Source: Octopus sinensis (Eukaryota). From it: 64,000 nt of DNA. This document shows positions 51,806 through 64,000 of the stretch, piece by piece (positions within the stretch are counted from its first letter, which is position 1; every line of letters starts with the position of its first letter). Under the pieces are notes generated by a model that saw only the letters and a program-made list of their open reading frames with translations, was not told the origin of the DNA and made no database searches. The stretch lies in assembly GCF_006345805.1 (NCBI RefSeq), contig NC_042999.1, positions 108,066,001-108,130,000 on the forward strand, read 5' to 3'. Position numbers and translations under genes: made by a program.

Positions 51806-52059
51806 ATCCATTTAAACATAATGAAAATTAAACTTAATTAAAATAGTAAAATTGTGATCTGTTTTTTAATGTCTATTCTTAACAACATTGTAGAAACACA
51901 TTTCACTTTAGTCAAGTGTAGCATGCTCACTTTAATCAGGTGTAGCATGCTCACTTCATTTCTTTGTATATGAAGTGAATAGTGATTGTAGGGATGAATA
52001 GGGATGAATGGAGACAACACAGAGTAGACAGAACTTCTTAGTTTTGCTGGGGAGAAAGA

Positions 52060-52390
52060 AACCATTGGTGCCATGTTAAAATGCAGTCAACACACTCTGT
52101 AAAGTGGTTGGTGAATGCTCAGAGCCAGTTGGACAGAGATGACTCTTTCATCTTACCAAGGGAAATATAACTTCTCTAGAATTTTTGTCAGAATGAAATG
52201 CACTCAAAACACCCTTCAAAATGGTTCTGGTATTAAGAAGAGCATCTAGCCCTAGAAACAACGCTAAAAAATGGAACATAAAAGTTGTATGTGGTCCTAA
52301 ATCCAACTATGATGACAATTGCTCCTAATATAAAATAACTTGGATGATGATAATCCATTCAAACTAGTCAGGAAAGTGGGTGTTAAGTGA
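52060..52390 (+). mobile_element. SINE-like repeat with RTE-type tail, degenerate
   Basis: CACACTCTGTAAAGTGGTTGG..., ATTAAGAAGAGCATCTAGCC, GGAAAGTGGGTGTTAAGTGATGAC. Confidence 0.6.
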
Positions 52391-53048
52391 TGACAACGAT
52401 GTTGCTGCTACTACCACAACCACCAATGACAACAATATTTTTCAAAATTTCTATGCAATATTTTTCTTTCTGTGAACCTAATAAAATTATAATATATAAA
52501 TGTGATGATAACGATAATCTCTTCCCTATCTATTTTGTAGATCTCGGTTTTAGTACATGTTCATTGTGTTTTATATGATAAAATTGTGCCTGTTTTATAA
52601 CACTTGGCAACATTGCTTTTATAAAGGCAAATGAAATAACAGCTTTTGTTGTGTAGCCCATTCTGTCCAGGATGGGCAGATGTATGAGAATAGGAACTTC
52701 ATTATCCAATGTGTTTTACTGCCTTTTTTTTAACTGTTAGATTAATTCTTTGGTAGTCATTAGAGTATTCAATAGAATGTGTTGTAATATTTGTACTGGC
52801 TATCTGCACTCAAGGTTCAAGTATCACTGTGGAGTTGATAAAGCATGTGCCATCTTTCTGTCACTCTCTCTCCTCTTTCAGCCATCACAACCGGAAGGTT
52901 CTCTCAGGTCAAAGACAGGAGAACTGTGAAGGTTTGGTATCTCCTAGCAACTTCATGGTTACCTAAAACAAGTAGCAACAGCTTGGTACATGCTACTAAG
53001 TTATCTTTAATTCTGAGTGAAGGCTGAAGTTTTTAGTGAGTGATTTAA

Positions 53049-53270
53049 CCCTTTCATTACCAACCCAGCTGAAACCGGCTCTGGCTCTGAGTACAAATGT
53101 CTTGTTTTCATAAGTTTTGAATTAAAATCTTCCACCAAAAACCTTAGTCACAATTTATGTTCCTAACACTAGCAGAATGATAATGAAGTTATTTTACTAC
53201 ATTCTTTGTTATATTTACAGTAATTGAAAGAAACACAGAGCACCTCAAAATAAATACAGTAACAAAAGGG
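53049..53270 (+). mobile_element. piggyBac-type MITE (222 bp)
   Basis: TTAA|CCCTTTCATTAC ... GTAACAAAAGGG|TTAA; colinear with 49497-49710. Confidence 0.92.
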
Positions 53271-54964
53271 TTAAGGAAAATATAGCTGCTATTTCTTGCA
53301 TGTCAAGTGACCTTGAAGAGTAGTGTTGAATTTGACAGAGGATCAAATTATAGCATACAATTTAAATATTTTTTTTTTCTTTTAATGCCACAAATAGAAA
53401 ATAAACCAATATATCTCCTGTGCCTGTTTAATGAATGAAAGGCCAAACCTAGATATGCAGGCAGCACTTTAGCAGTCACTTTTCTCTAGAAATACTTCTG
53501 ATTTGTTTTATGTTAGAATTGTTTAGTTATTAATATAACTTTAAAACAATTAAAACTTTCTATATTGTCAGTATTTTCTTACTACTGATTTATTGGTGTC
53601 TTGAAATGTCTTAATACCATAATAGCCATGCACAATTATTCTTAGAATTATTCTCAGACTGGAATAGATTCTTCTCTATCCAATTCTTTCTATTTTCCAA
53701 ATTATATTTTGTGAGCTTGTATCCTTATATTACTAATTAAATTTCTGTTGAAAATTGTTTAATGAGTTAAAGTATTTCTGGCTGTAGAATATTGAAACTA
53801 AGTTTGTGATAATTAAATTTCCATTTAGGGGTTTCTTTTTGTTTTATCAAAGAGTGACTTTTTTAAAGATAATTATTCTCAGATTCTTCAAGAACTGTTA
53901 ATTTACCTTTGTTTTATTTAGGCAGTACTAATAATTTGAATTTATTTTTATCTTTTTACTATATGCATGTATGTGCACATGAAATGGATGGATATATGTT
54001 CCTTTAATTAAATAATGTTGAGATTCTTTGGAATGTTTTACTCATCTTCATTTTAACACTAATAACTTACATCTGTTGTATATAAATGAGTCTTTCTTAG
54101 GACTTCTACCAAACAGGTCTTGGCTTTCTAGGTTTCTATGTAAGCCTATTTTAACACAGCCCAATACCCTGGTGATGATGGTGATCATGGTAGTGGTGGT
54201 GGTGGTGGTGATGGTGATGGCACTGGTAATAAACGAGAATTTATAGCTAGCATATAAATTCCAAGAGTTCTGCCTCAATTTTGCATAAATGTTTTATTTT
54301 ACAAGTTTAAATAGACGTTTACATCTGTCTGGCAACTAGTCAGCTGGCCTCTATAACAATACATTATATTACTTCTTGTCCAAGATAACAATATCAGGTC
54401 TCTTGTGTTTGCAATAGATCAATGTTTTTATTGGAATGCTTCATTTATATTCCTTATTTCTAAAGGTGTGGGGTACATTGTTTCTATCACACCTTTACCT
54501 ACAAATAGCCTTCTATATCATCTTTTCTTTTCATGCCATATAGGAAGGTGATACTTTGCAGACATGTTCGGACAGATTGCTGATGATGTGGTTTATATTT
54601 CCACACTGGTATGGCCCAACAAATATTTTCTATCAACATTTTATATATGTATGAATGTGTATTTATATATATGCATATATGTTGTGCTGTTAAAAATTGT
54701 ACATGCATGAGTTGTGTTGCTGTTGTTTTTGTTGTTTTGTGCTGGCTCAGTCTGTGATCCAGTAAAATTATGGTCAAGGATGTTCCCATTATGTTTTCAG
54801 ACGTAGTATCTACGGTTACCATTATCTGATGCAACTCATTTTTTTAAGATAGTAAAGTTTGCTTTGAGGAAGATTTAGCTACTATGTCTAATAGATTAAG
54901 CAACTATGTAGAAATTCCTTCATTGTGTTATGTGCACATTTTCTTGGTGTATATATATATATAT

Positions 54965-55110
54965 ATCATCATCATCATCATCGTTTAACATCCATTTCCC
55001 GTGCTAGCACGGGTTGGACGGTTCAACCGGGGTCTGGGAAGCCAGGAGGCTGCACCAGGCTCCAGTCTGATCTGACAGTGTTTCTGCAGCTGGATGCCCT
55101 AGTTTTTGCT
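54965..55110 (-). mobile_element. SINE 3' part with RTE-type tail
   Basis: (ATC)n-CGTTTAACATCCATTTCCCGTGCTAGCACGGGTTGGACGG...CAGCTGGATGCCCT. Confidence 0.8.
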
Positions 55111-55622
55111 GATGCTGTGCTCCTCAAATTAATGGGTTAGTAGCTTGAAAGAAATACCAAATTTTATTTTACTTTCTTGTTTATAATGAGCAAAGATGTC
55201 ATTAGGTGGTTTAGAAGTTAGGTTTGTAGCCAAGGATTCCAGATTCAATGTCTAATTGTGGCATCTCAAGTGAGTGACATCTAGCATAGCTTTAGCTTTG
55301 AAGTATGCTGAGCGGAATTTGGTTGACAGAAATACTGTTGAAGTATGTAAATGTCTATTGTACATGCATGTAAATGCATGCCTGTGTGTGTGTGTGTGTT
55401 TATATGTGTGTATATTATACATACGTATGTGTATGCGTGAGGTGGGGTGCTGAAAAGTTCCTAACTTTGGGTAAAAGAAAATACAGGAGAATCAGTTATG
55501 ATTTTATTCAACATATTCCCCTCTCACGTTCACACATTTATTGCAGCAGCCCTGCAGTTTTACTAAGCCCTGTAAAAGAACTTGGAAGGCTAGGCCTTCA
55601 ATCAGGCTTTTCAGTTCAGCTC

Positions 55623-55660
<38 letters not shown>

Positions 55661-55664
55661 CTCG

Positions 55665-55727
<63 letters not shown>

Positions 55728-55730
<3 letters not shown>

Positions 55731-57400
55731 TATGATAAAAGGCAGATTTTCTCTGCCTGTTCCCATGTTTCTTTTTAATACAATTCTACAATATAGAATT
55801 TCTTCAATTGGAATTTACCTATGATTTTTCCAAGTAGATTCAATTGGGTCATGGCATGTAAAGTTTTTTCAATTTCACCCCCAATTAAGCAAAAATTCGA
55901 GAAAACTCAATATTTTACGATTTGCCTCTCTGATTTCAAGTGGTTTACTCCTGCTATTACCAACACACTTTCTCCTACTTTCTCTTTGCAAGTGTGAAAC
56001 TATTAAAGTGAAAGTATTAGATAACAGGGATGAGCCATTAATACTGGTCATCCTTTTTGCTAGAGGAAGATCCGCTATGGTCTTATATGCTACACCACTG
56101 GTTTTCAATTCATATTAATCAAATTAATATTCAATTTTTCACCCTTATTATGTGTGTGCGTGTATTAGCAATTCGTATTAAATTGCATCAATGACTTGAA
56201 CTTGAATAAGTGGTTTCACATAAATGGGGATAAATTAAAAAGGTTTGTTGTTATTATTATTACTGTTTGACTATTGTAATCACGTTTGTTGGTTCCTCGT
56301 CAGGGAAACGTTGTTGTGTTGCATTTGTTAAATAATTGTAAACCGTAACCCTTCCTCTTTCGGAGAAGGGGCTTTGGTTATTGTTTAAAAGTTGAATTGT
56401 GTCCCTGTTTGGGGAAATTGACAATATTTTTACCGTCTTTACGGAAGCATTTTTGTTAAAATGCCTTCGATAGAAGAAAGTCCAAAAATGAATTTTGCTG
56501 CAGCCGTACACTTCTATACAAGAGGGAGGACAAGATCCAATTGATCAAAATTGCAAGAGACAGGCCTACAATTCCAGTCTGTTATATATTTTGAGTATTG
56601 TTATCACTAGTGATATCAATATATAACTTTGTATTTTATGTGTAGATATGACATTAATTCACACTTAACCAACACCTGTCCTTCACTCACCTCTATTTCT
56701 ATCCATTCATCATCAAACCACCAGCCTCATCTTCTATATCCAACGTACATGACACATCTACCCCCTACATCTACACTCTCACTGTTAAAGTTTACATAAG
56801 TGACAACACGATCGCAACATACACTTTGGAAACTAAGCAACAGATCATTTTATACAACAACAAATTTAATCATAACGCCCATCAATGAAAACATCTCCAC
56901 CACTGTGTTGTGATTCATCTATTCAGCACCATTACAGTTTCTTGCCGGTCTGACACATGGTGAGTAGATGCTATTGTTCTATATTTTATAAACTACCCAT
57001 ATTTACTTACCCATGCTTCATTCCCCTCTTGCCTACATAGGGCATCCATTCTCTTTTAACACAGCATGAAGTTTTGTAACAGCACATCCGCTGCCGTTTG
57101 TGGAAAACGAAGAGACCCTATTCACCTGCGAACGTTTTACACCACCTTCCACGACTATCAAATTCTTACAATTATGAGAACAATAACATGGCTCTTTTCA
57201 AGGCAACCTCGTATTCAATTCTTACACCATTCTACGAGGGGGTAGGAACCCCTTTACACGGCTTTCTATACACTTACAAATACATTCATTCGCCGTAAAC
57301 TTATATCAATATTTGCCTGAATCATCATCATAATTCAGTGCAATCATTAACAGTACTTTCAAGCAATTCAGCCCCGAGCATCGCCGGGCAATTCTGCTAG
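55728..57400 (+). mobile_element. Non-autonomous Helitron-like element (~1.67 kb) in a (TA)n tract
   Basis: 5' A|TC terminus (TCTTATGATAAAAGGCAGATTTTCTCTGCC); 3' GC-rich hairpin CCCG-AGCATCGC-CGGG (57373-57388), 8-nt spacer, CTAG at 57397-57400; no TSD; (TA)n on both flanks; next base is A rather than the canonical T. Confidence 0.75.
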
Positions 57401-57688
57401 AATATATATATATAATAAATTAAGAAATAAAACATATGCATATATACATATATGTACGTACCTACTTCTACATGTATATATACATGCATATATGGGTACA
57501 GGACACCAAAAAAACGTCGAACACAATGAGAAACGAAAACATAAACACAAAACCAAGGAAATGGACATTTCTTTTAAACAACGAAGAAATAGAGTACAGG
57601 ACATACAAAACAAGGAAAATTCCCCTTCTTCAGTCGCCTTAGTTTCATCTACTCCACGTTTCGAAGGTCAAGACGATACATGACTTCA

Positions 57689-57725
<37 letters not shown>

Positions 57726-57819
57726 TACATAAATATAGCACACATGTATAGAAAATGAGCGGAAACATTTTGAATGTGAAATACTATCTTTTCGTATAAT
57801 TGGAACTGTCCATCTTTCA

Positions 57820-58110
57820 TGACAAGTGTTCCAGTTGATTCAATCAATGGAACAACCTGCTCATGAAATTAACATGCAAGTGGCTAAGCCCTCCAGAGAC
57901 ATGCGTATCCTCAAGATAGATTCTCAGGGAGAATCAGTGTGACAAGGCTGACCCTTTGAATTACTAGTATAACTCAATTTTTGCCAGCTGATTTGACTGG
58001 AGCAATGGGAAATAAAGTGTCTTGATCAAAGACACAACACACTGCCCAGAACTGAACTCCTGACCTTACAGTCACAACCTGAATACACTAACCACTAAGC
58101 CATATGCCTT
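57820..58110 (-). mobile_element. SINE family C, same subfamily as 1141-1429
   Basis: GAACAACCTGCTC.TGAAATTAA.ATGCAAGTGGCT..GC.CTC..CAGACAT shared. Confidence 0.8.
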
Positions 58111-60528
58111 TACTCATTTTGCATACCCAGCATTGTATTGTACAATGTGGCTTTCCCTAAGATGATAGATTTTGCTGCTCTTTCTAGCAAGTTAGGCAAC
58201 CACTTAAAAGCTCCCTTGTTAGCTCACTATGTAATTTGTATGGTGCAATTAATCTAGTAATGGAACTATAAAGTCTAGGTACAAACAACTTTGGGGTTTT
58301 CAATCCTACAAATGTCGCTTTATCTTTATTGGACAATAAGTTACTAGATTGAAAATTGTAGTATATTCTGATTGACATGTTTAATATTCGCCCAATGTGA
58401 TGCATGAACCTACAACCCTGAGATAAAGAGTCTTGTGCATTACTGTCTGAACTAGCTGGGAGATGCTTTCAAAGCATTATATAAGGGAACTGTTGTAAAA
58501 CTTAACTGGTGTTGCTTTTCAGCAATATATCTTATCCACCTTGTCAGAACTAGATAATAATCTGGTGTTTGTGACTGCATAACTGTTGTTATTGTTTAGC
58601 TCCAGATCAACTCTGATTGAGCAGAACTATGATCAAATGTATTCCATGGTTAGCTCATCTTTTTTATAAGTATCTAGGACTACATTATCTAATTCATTCT
58701 TTCCCTTTTTTTCTTAAAATTGCTAAAGATAGAAGAATTTTATTTGCAGGTGATTTGGCTATTATTTTTAGCTGGGTTCTTTGCTAGCTTGTAATAGGTT
58801 TTATGTTGCATGTTGTAATTGTTAAATGTATCTTCTAACTGTTATTCAGATATATTTCCTTGTTTCTTTATAATTTCATTATCTCACAATCAAACTTTAA
58901 GTCTTCTCTATAAATCAAACTTTTTCAGTTTCTATCAAACACAATTGCTATTTAATCACTGTACACAATGTTTGTTACTGTGATCATTAGTAATTTTGGC
59001 TAGATTTCATATTTCTTAATTGATTTATGAGACCATATAAAGTTGTACTAAAATTTAGATTAGGTTCAATTGATTTTAAAGTTTATTTTCATAATTGCTT
59101 GTATATCTATACATTTGTTGCCAATTTTCACTAATAAAATATGTTGGCTTCAATTATAAGCTTATTATTTTTCTTTGAATATGATCAGGGTTTATTTAAA
59201 TTTGTTGTTCTTTCCTGTGAGCTATTAGTATATTAGAGTATAAATACATAATTTCACTTTGTGGTCTTATATGAGTGTATTCTTCTAAATCCTTCTGATT
59301 ATGCTTTATTTACTAATTAGATCAATCATATTTATTTATTTATAGTAAACACAAAGGGAAATTGCCTCCAAATTATAACATAGGTTTCTTAATTTACTTT
59401 CTATTTTAGATTCATTGTCAGCAAACAATTCATTAAAAGTATCTTTTATTAGATTTTCTTGATATTTAGAATTAGATTTTGCAATTAAAACTCGACATTG
59501 TTCCAGAATTCTTTCATGTTTTTAAAAAATATTTTCACCTTTTATTTTCTTCATGTCTTTATTGGTTATTTCCAGAGAGAATTTTAATTCTTGGGGGCTT
59601 ACTGCTATCTAAGGAATATTCACTATATCTTAGAGTTATTCCACTAATAATTCCTTCTCCCTCTCCATATAAACATATGAAGGCATGTAGCCTAATAATC
59701 ATGGTTTTGAGTGCATGTTGCATTATGGGTTCAATCCCTGACCCGGTAGTTAGTTGTATCCTTGAGTAAAGTACACTATTTCATGCTGCTCTAGTCTATT
59801 CAGCTCTTCCTATTCAGCAGTCACATCCTTGATGTACCCTTAGGTGAAAGGTGAGGAGGTCACGTATGTGTTTATCTTTGTACGTGACTATGTAAGACAC
59901 CTAAAACTATTAGCAGTACAAATTACTAGGTTATTCTGACTTCTGAGTGTTGGCTAAACATACATTAATATGTGAGATTACCTTTCATCATATCTGCTAC
60001 ATATCTAAGACTGACTCTTGTTTTATATAGAGGATTGTATGTAACTCCATGGCTTACTTATATTAAATAAATAAAGCATACACAATACATAAGACACGTG
60101 TGTGCTTTCAGAAATAACTTTTAAGAAATACCTACAGTTGATTCCTTAATTCTTCATTCAAGTTCTTAATTTCTTCATTCAAGTTCGCCTTTTATACATT
60201 CCACTAATTTGGTCTATGTTATGTCTCAGAATTTTCAAAACATCTTCCATTATTATTTATTATTATTTTTTTTTTTGCTCATGTTTACTTGGAAATATAA
60301 AACGTCTTGATTATTTTTATAAAGAATCCATTATCATTTGTTTTGTATGCAAGCAATAAATTAGACACAATTAACTGGCATTCAATATGCCAAATCAATC
60401 AATATTTCTTATTAAATAATTTTCTATTGTATAGTCATTGTCCTTGTGAAGAATCTCAGGTGTTTTTGATTTTTTCTTTATTTAAATTCTTATTATTCAG
60501 ATCCAGAAAAATTATAATCTTTCTCTCT

Positions 60529-60575
<47 letters not shown>

Positions 60576-60654
60576 ATTTCCTTCTCTGTGTTAGGAGGCA
60601 TAAGCACTTACACACGCACATGTATACACATGATGGAAACTTCTGCCTACCAAA

Positions 60655-60785
60655 TTCAATTATAAGGCTTCAATCTGCCCACGGCTATAGCAGAAGACAC
60701 TTGCTAAAGGTACCATGCAGTGCATCTGGACTTGGAACCTTGTGGCTGGGGAGTAAGCTTCCTAACCACACAGCCATGCCTGTGC
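60655..60785 (-). mobile_element. SINE family B head
   Basis: GGCTATAGCAGAAGACACTTGC..AAGGTACCATGCAGTG...GCTTCCTAACCACACAGCCATGCCT. Confidence 0.8.
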
Positions 60786-60796
60786 TTACATAATGA

Positions 60797-60843
<47 letters not shown>

Positions 60844-61296
60844 CTTAGATAACCCCAGTGGTGTGGAGAGGGGAGGCTAGTATGTATGGGTGACTGTTGG
60901 TCTTCCATAAACAACCTTGCCCGGACTTGTGCCTTGGATGTGAACTTTATAGGTGCAATCCCATGGTCATTCATGACCAAAGGAGACCATTACCTAGTAG
61001 TAGTATGGGGGCATGTGCTGTAACAGTGCCTCACTTCATCCTCTATTTGTTAGTGATTCCCTACTACTCTTGTTGGTGACACCTTTGCATCACTCAGGGG
61101 ACAACCCTCTAATTCATGGATCTGTTTGGGTAATCATTGCTTGTAAGAGTTTTATGAGGTCAGAGTGCAAATCCTATCTCAACCTCTTTTAGTTACCATT
61201 TATGAGATGCAAAGGAAATATTGGGGCTCTTCTTTGGTTTGCCAGTTCCTACACAGCACAACACAAAGCAAGTCTAATAAATACTAGATTATTTAA

Positions 61297-61516
61297 CTCT
61301 TCAGCATTTAAACTAGCCGTATTCATCTAAAATATTCTACCTGTTTGATGGTCAAAGTGGCCAGATCCAGCCTCTCCTACATACCCTGCAATGTCATTCT
61401 GAAAGTAAACAATCACATTATTGAAATCTCAAAGCAACAAGATAAGGCATGATTAATTCAAACCAACGTCAATCAATAAGCACCACAATGGGCAAAGAAA
61501 CCTGAATGCTAAAGGG
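61297..61516 (+). mobile_element. piggyBac-type MITE, different internal sequence (220 bp)
   Basis: TTAA|CTCTTCAGCATTTA ... TGAATGCTAAAGGG|TTAA (TIR 14 bp, 3 mismatches); strand arbitrary. Confidence 0.8.
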
Positions 61517-62649
61517 TTAAATGTATCAAATATTTTGTTTTTAGAAATACTTCTTCTAAAAGTTATAGTATCTGTGTACAGTCTCACATGCATGCATATG
61601 CACATACACACACATGCGTGCACACATACACAAGATGCAACTGCTAAATTAGGCTTGAGATTCATTATGTATTTGTGGCACCAAGTTCATTATTCTACTT
61701 CATAAGATAAATAAGTATATATCTTTAGTTCATGAACCAATAGAAATTTGATCAGATACTGACTGATATAGTAACTATTTCATACAAAATCTAAAATTTA
61801 GTGATTTGGTTATGTACTTTTGGCAGGATTTAGATAAGTAGCCCCTGTCACATTTTCATCCATTGAGTTATTTGCACATAACCTTATTTGATGAGCAGAT
61901 GAACACCTAAACTGATTCACCACTGCCATATGGATAATATCCAACTGATAAAGAAATTCCTAGCACTTTGCCAACAAATCTTTTATTGTTGCCTCTTATA
62001 TCCAAGAAACTTGTTACTTCACAACTGTTGTACTTTTTTTCTTAACTCTTGCAATATACCCAGTAAGTGCATGCTTTTATACATTAGAACAAAATTTTAT
62101 ATTTAAATCTGATACCATATTCCCTATTCAGGTTTTCTGAATGCAATAACTAAGTATAAGCTCAGTTAGAGTAATAAATATGTTTTGTAGTGAGTTAATT
62201 TGAGTGTTAGGATGTTGAATATTTGCACTCCATTAGGGGTTACATTGATACATTGATTCAACTTTAAATGGCAGGTTTCACTTTGTTCAATATCTATTAA
62301 AAAATAAGGTTATTAAATTTTCTTTAACATTGTAGATCTAAGTTATATCCATTTCTTTGAATGCAACTAAAGTTACTATAAAATAAATAAAGTATATATC
62401 AATATACCAGTTCTTTATCTATGATACTATTATGTAAGTGACAGAAACAGGATCACATTAAACTGAGGTCTTCTCAATTCTTAAAGTAGTATTTGTTCTC
62501 CAACTTTTTTCTTTTCCCATATTTCTTAAAAGTAAATATATAAACAAGCTGAGATGATTTTTTCCAAATGACATCAAACTTCAGAAGCAGCTATCATTTT
62601 TGTTGCATTGTATTGTAAGATACTGTGTGTGCATTACCATATGACAGTA

Positions 62650-62850
62650 GTGGTTTTGGCAGAATTGCAAGAATATTAGGAAAAAGAAAAATGCCTTGCA
62701 GTATTCATTCCAGTATTTTGTGTTCTGTGTGTAGATCCTTCTGAGGTCAACTTTGCTTGTCATCCTTCCAACATCAATGATATAAAGTACCATTCAAGAA
62801 CTGGGATTTGATAATAATCAGCTACTTTCTTCCCTTCTAAGTTCTGCCCT
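62650..62850 (+). mobile_element. SINE family A, degenerate
   Basis: TGGCAGAAT...AAATGCCTTGCAGTATT...CTGAGGTCAACTTTGC...CATCCTT..AAAGTACC. Confidence 0.65.
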
Positions 62851-62888
62851 TGTGCCTAATTTATGAATAGTATACACACACACACACA

Positions 62889-62892
<4 letters not shown>

Positions 62893-62944
<52 letters not shown>
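62893..62944. repeat. (TA)n microsatellite
   Basis: Direct reading. Confidence 0.98.
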
Positions 62945-62945
<1 letters not shown>

Positions 62946-63092
62946 TTTCATAACATTATCATTTTTTTTATTATAGTAATTAAAATATCTGATAAATTAT
63001 AACATGGTTGCATTTACTTTTTTCTTAAAACTATATTATTCAGTACTAAAAGCAATTCTTAATCTCCCATATGTTTCCCTATATACATTTAG

Positions 63093-63157
63093 CAATATGG
63101 ACAAGTTTTATACCTCAGAGGTTTTATATTGTGTGACAGAATATTTGGCACTACAAG
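63093..63157 (+). other. Candidate exon (up to 65 nt; alternative acceptors give 39 or 18 nt), unidentified
   Basis: Consensus donor AAG|GTGAGT at 63158; open frames QYGQVLYLRGFILCDRIFGTT or NMDKFYTSEVLYCVTEYLALQ; no homology recognised. Confidence 0.22.
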
Positions 63158-64000
63158 GTGAGTTAATTGAAAAGGATTTAAATAAGTTTTATTTTTTCTT
63201 TAGTAATATTACAGGCTTAAAAGCCAGATGCAGCTAATCTATTTGGAAACACCATTTATTCTATAAATTTTTATATCATTAAATATGGATAAATTGGTCG
63301 CATTATCCTTTTTATCGCAGAGTAAACATGGATATTGATTACAAGAGAAATAGTGTCATAAATACAAATCCATATTTATTAAATTTTACTTTTAAATGAA
63401 TATTGAATTATCTCTTATTTTATCATGATTATTAGTTTTAAATATTATAAAATTGAATTAAAGGTTAAATTTTTATTCATATTTTTATTCTAAACCCTCT
63501 TCTGACACAGGCTTGATGGAATCAAAATGACATTTAAAAAAAAAAAATAAAATAAAAAAAGTAAATATTTCTGCTACACTTAGAGCTTTCATGTCATGAG
63601 AATGACATCCATATCAAATTCTTCAGAAAAGCTGTTTGTGTTGTGAAAACTTTGCAAATTCAAATTATAGTTTGTTTTGCAATATTATTTGAAACAGTAA
63701 ATTTTATCTCAAAATGTAGTAAATCATATCTAAAAAAATGTGCAAATTTGTGGTTAAATATTACATATTTTGTTTGATAGCTTTTATTGATCTAAGTAAA
63801 ACTCGTATGTTAGATAAAATCAAACAACTTTTGGCTTTATTGATCTCATGTTATCTTTCAAACTTTAGCTTTACATTTTCATATTGAATCTTCCTATTTC
63901 TAGAGAAAATTCCTGTACATATATGAATTCTGTTTTTCCCCTTTTTCTTATTCATTTATTTCATATATAAGTTGACAGGTAAAGGATAAGTCAAATAATA

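Noticed and set aside
52880-52945. KDRRTVKVWYL resembling a WD40 repeat end, after a strong acceptor
   Set aside because: One-residue insertion, no upstream GH/hydrophobic pattern, no further repeats.
54217-54232. ATGGCACTGGTA matching the miR-183/263 start
   Set aside because: Continuation of a (GGT/GAT)n microsatellite; no hairpin.
1-64000. CRISPR arrays, rRNA, true tRNA genes, operon-like prokaryotic systems
   Set aside because: None seen; sequence is eukaryotic repeat-rich DNA, and tRNA-like motifs occur only as SINE heads.

Overview
AT-rich eukaryotic genomic DNA, dense in microsatellites and repeats. The SINE families and the (TA)n/(CA)n/(CT)n load resemble Octopus-type cephalopod sequence; this assignment is an inference from recalled repeat families, not a search. 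I could not identify any intact host protein-coding gene, tRNA, rRNA or CRISPR array, and most ORFs in the supplied track are microsatellite or repeat artefacts. The window reads as intergenic or large-intron sequence. Well-supported elements are: a full-length but dead D,D34D mariner with 30-bp TIRs and TA TSDs (9674-10907); a 1.67-kb non-autonomous Helitron-like element carrying unexplained antisense coding-like sequence (55728-57400); stacked R4/Dong-like, RTE and CR1/L2 LINE remnants; six ~215-225-bp TTAA-associated piggyBac-type MITEs (TTAA intact on both sides in three); and many tRNA-derived SINE copies. Best leads for something undescribed are the Helitron cargo, a 96-nt near-perfect foldback (37024-37119, possible lineage-specific miRNA or hairpin RNA), a ~10-kb SINE-poor island, a local templated duplication, and a few candidate small exons. 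No novel biological system can be demonstrated from the sequence alone. Boundaries of degenerate repeats are approximate (about +/-20-50 bp).
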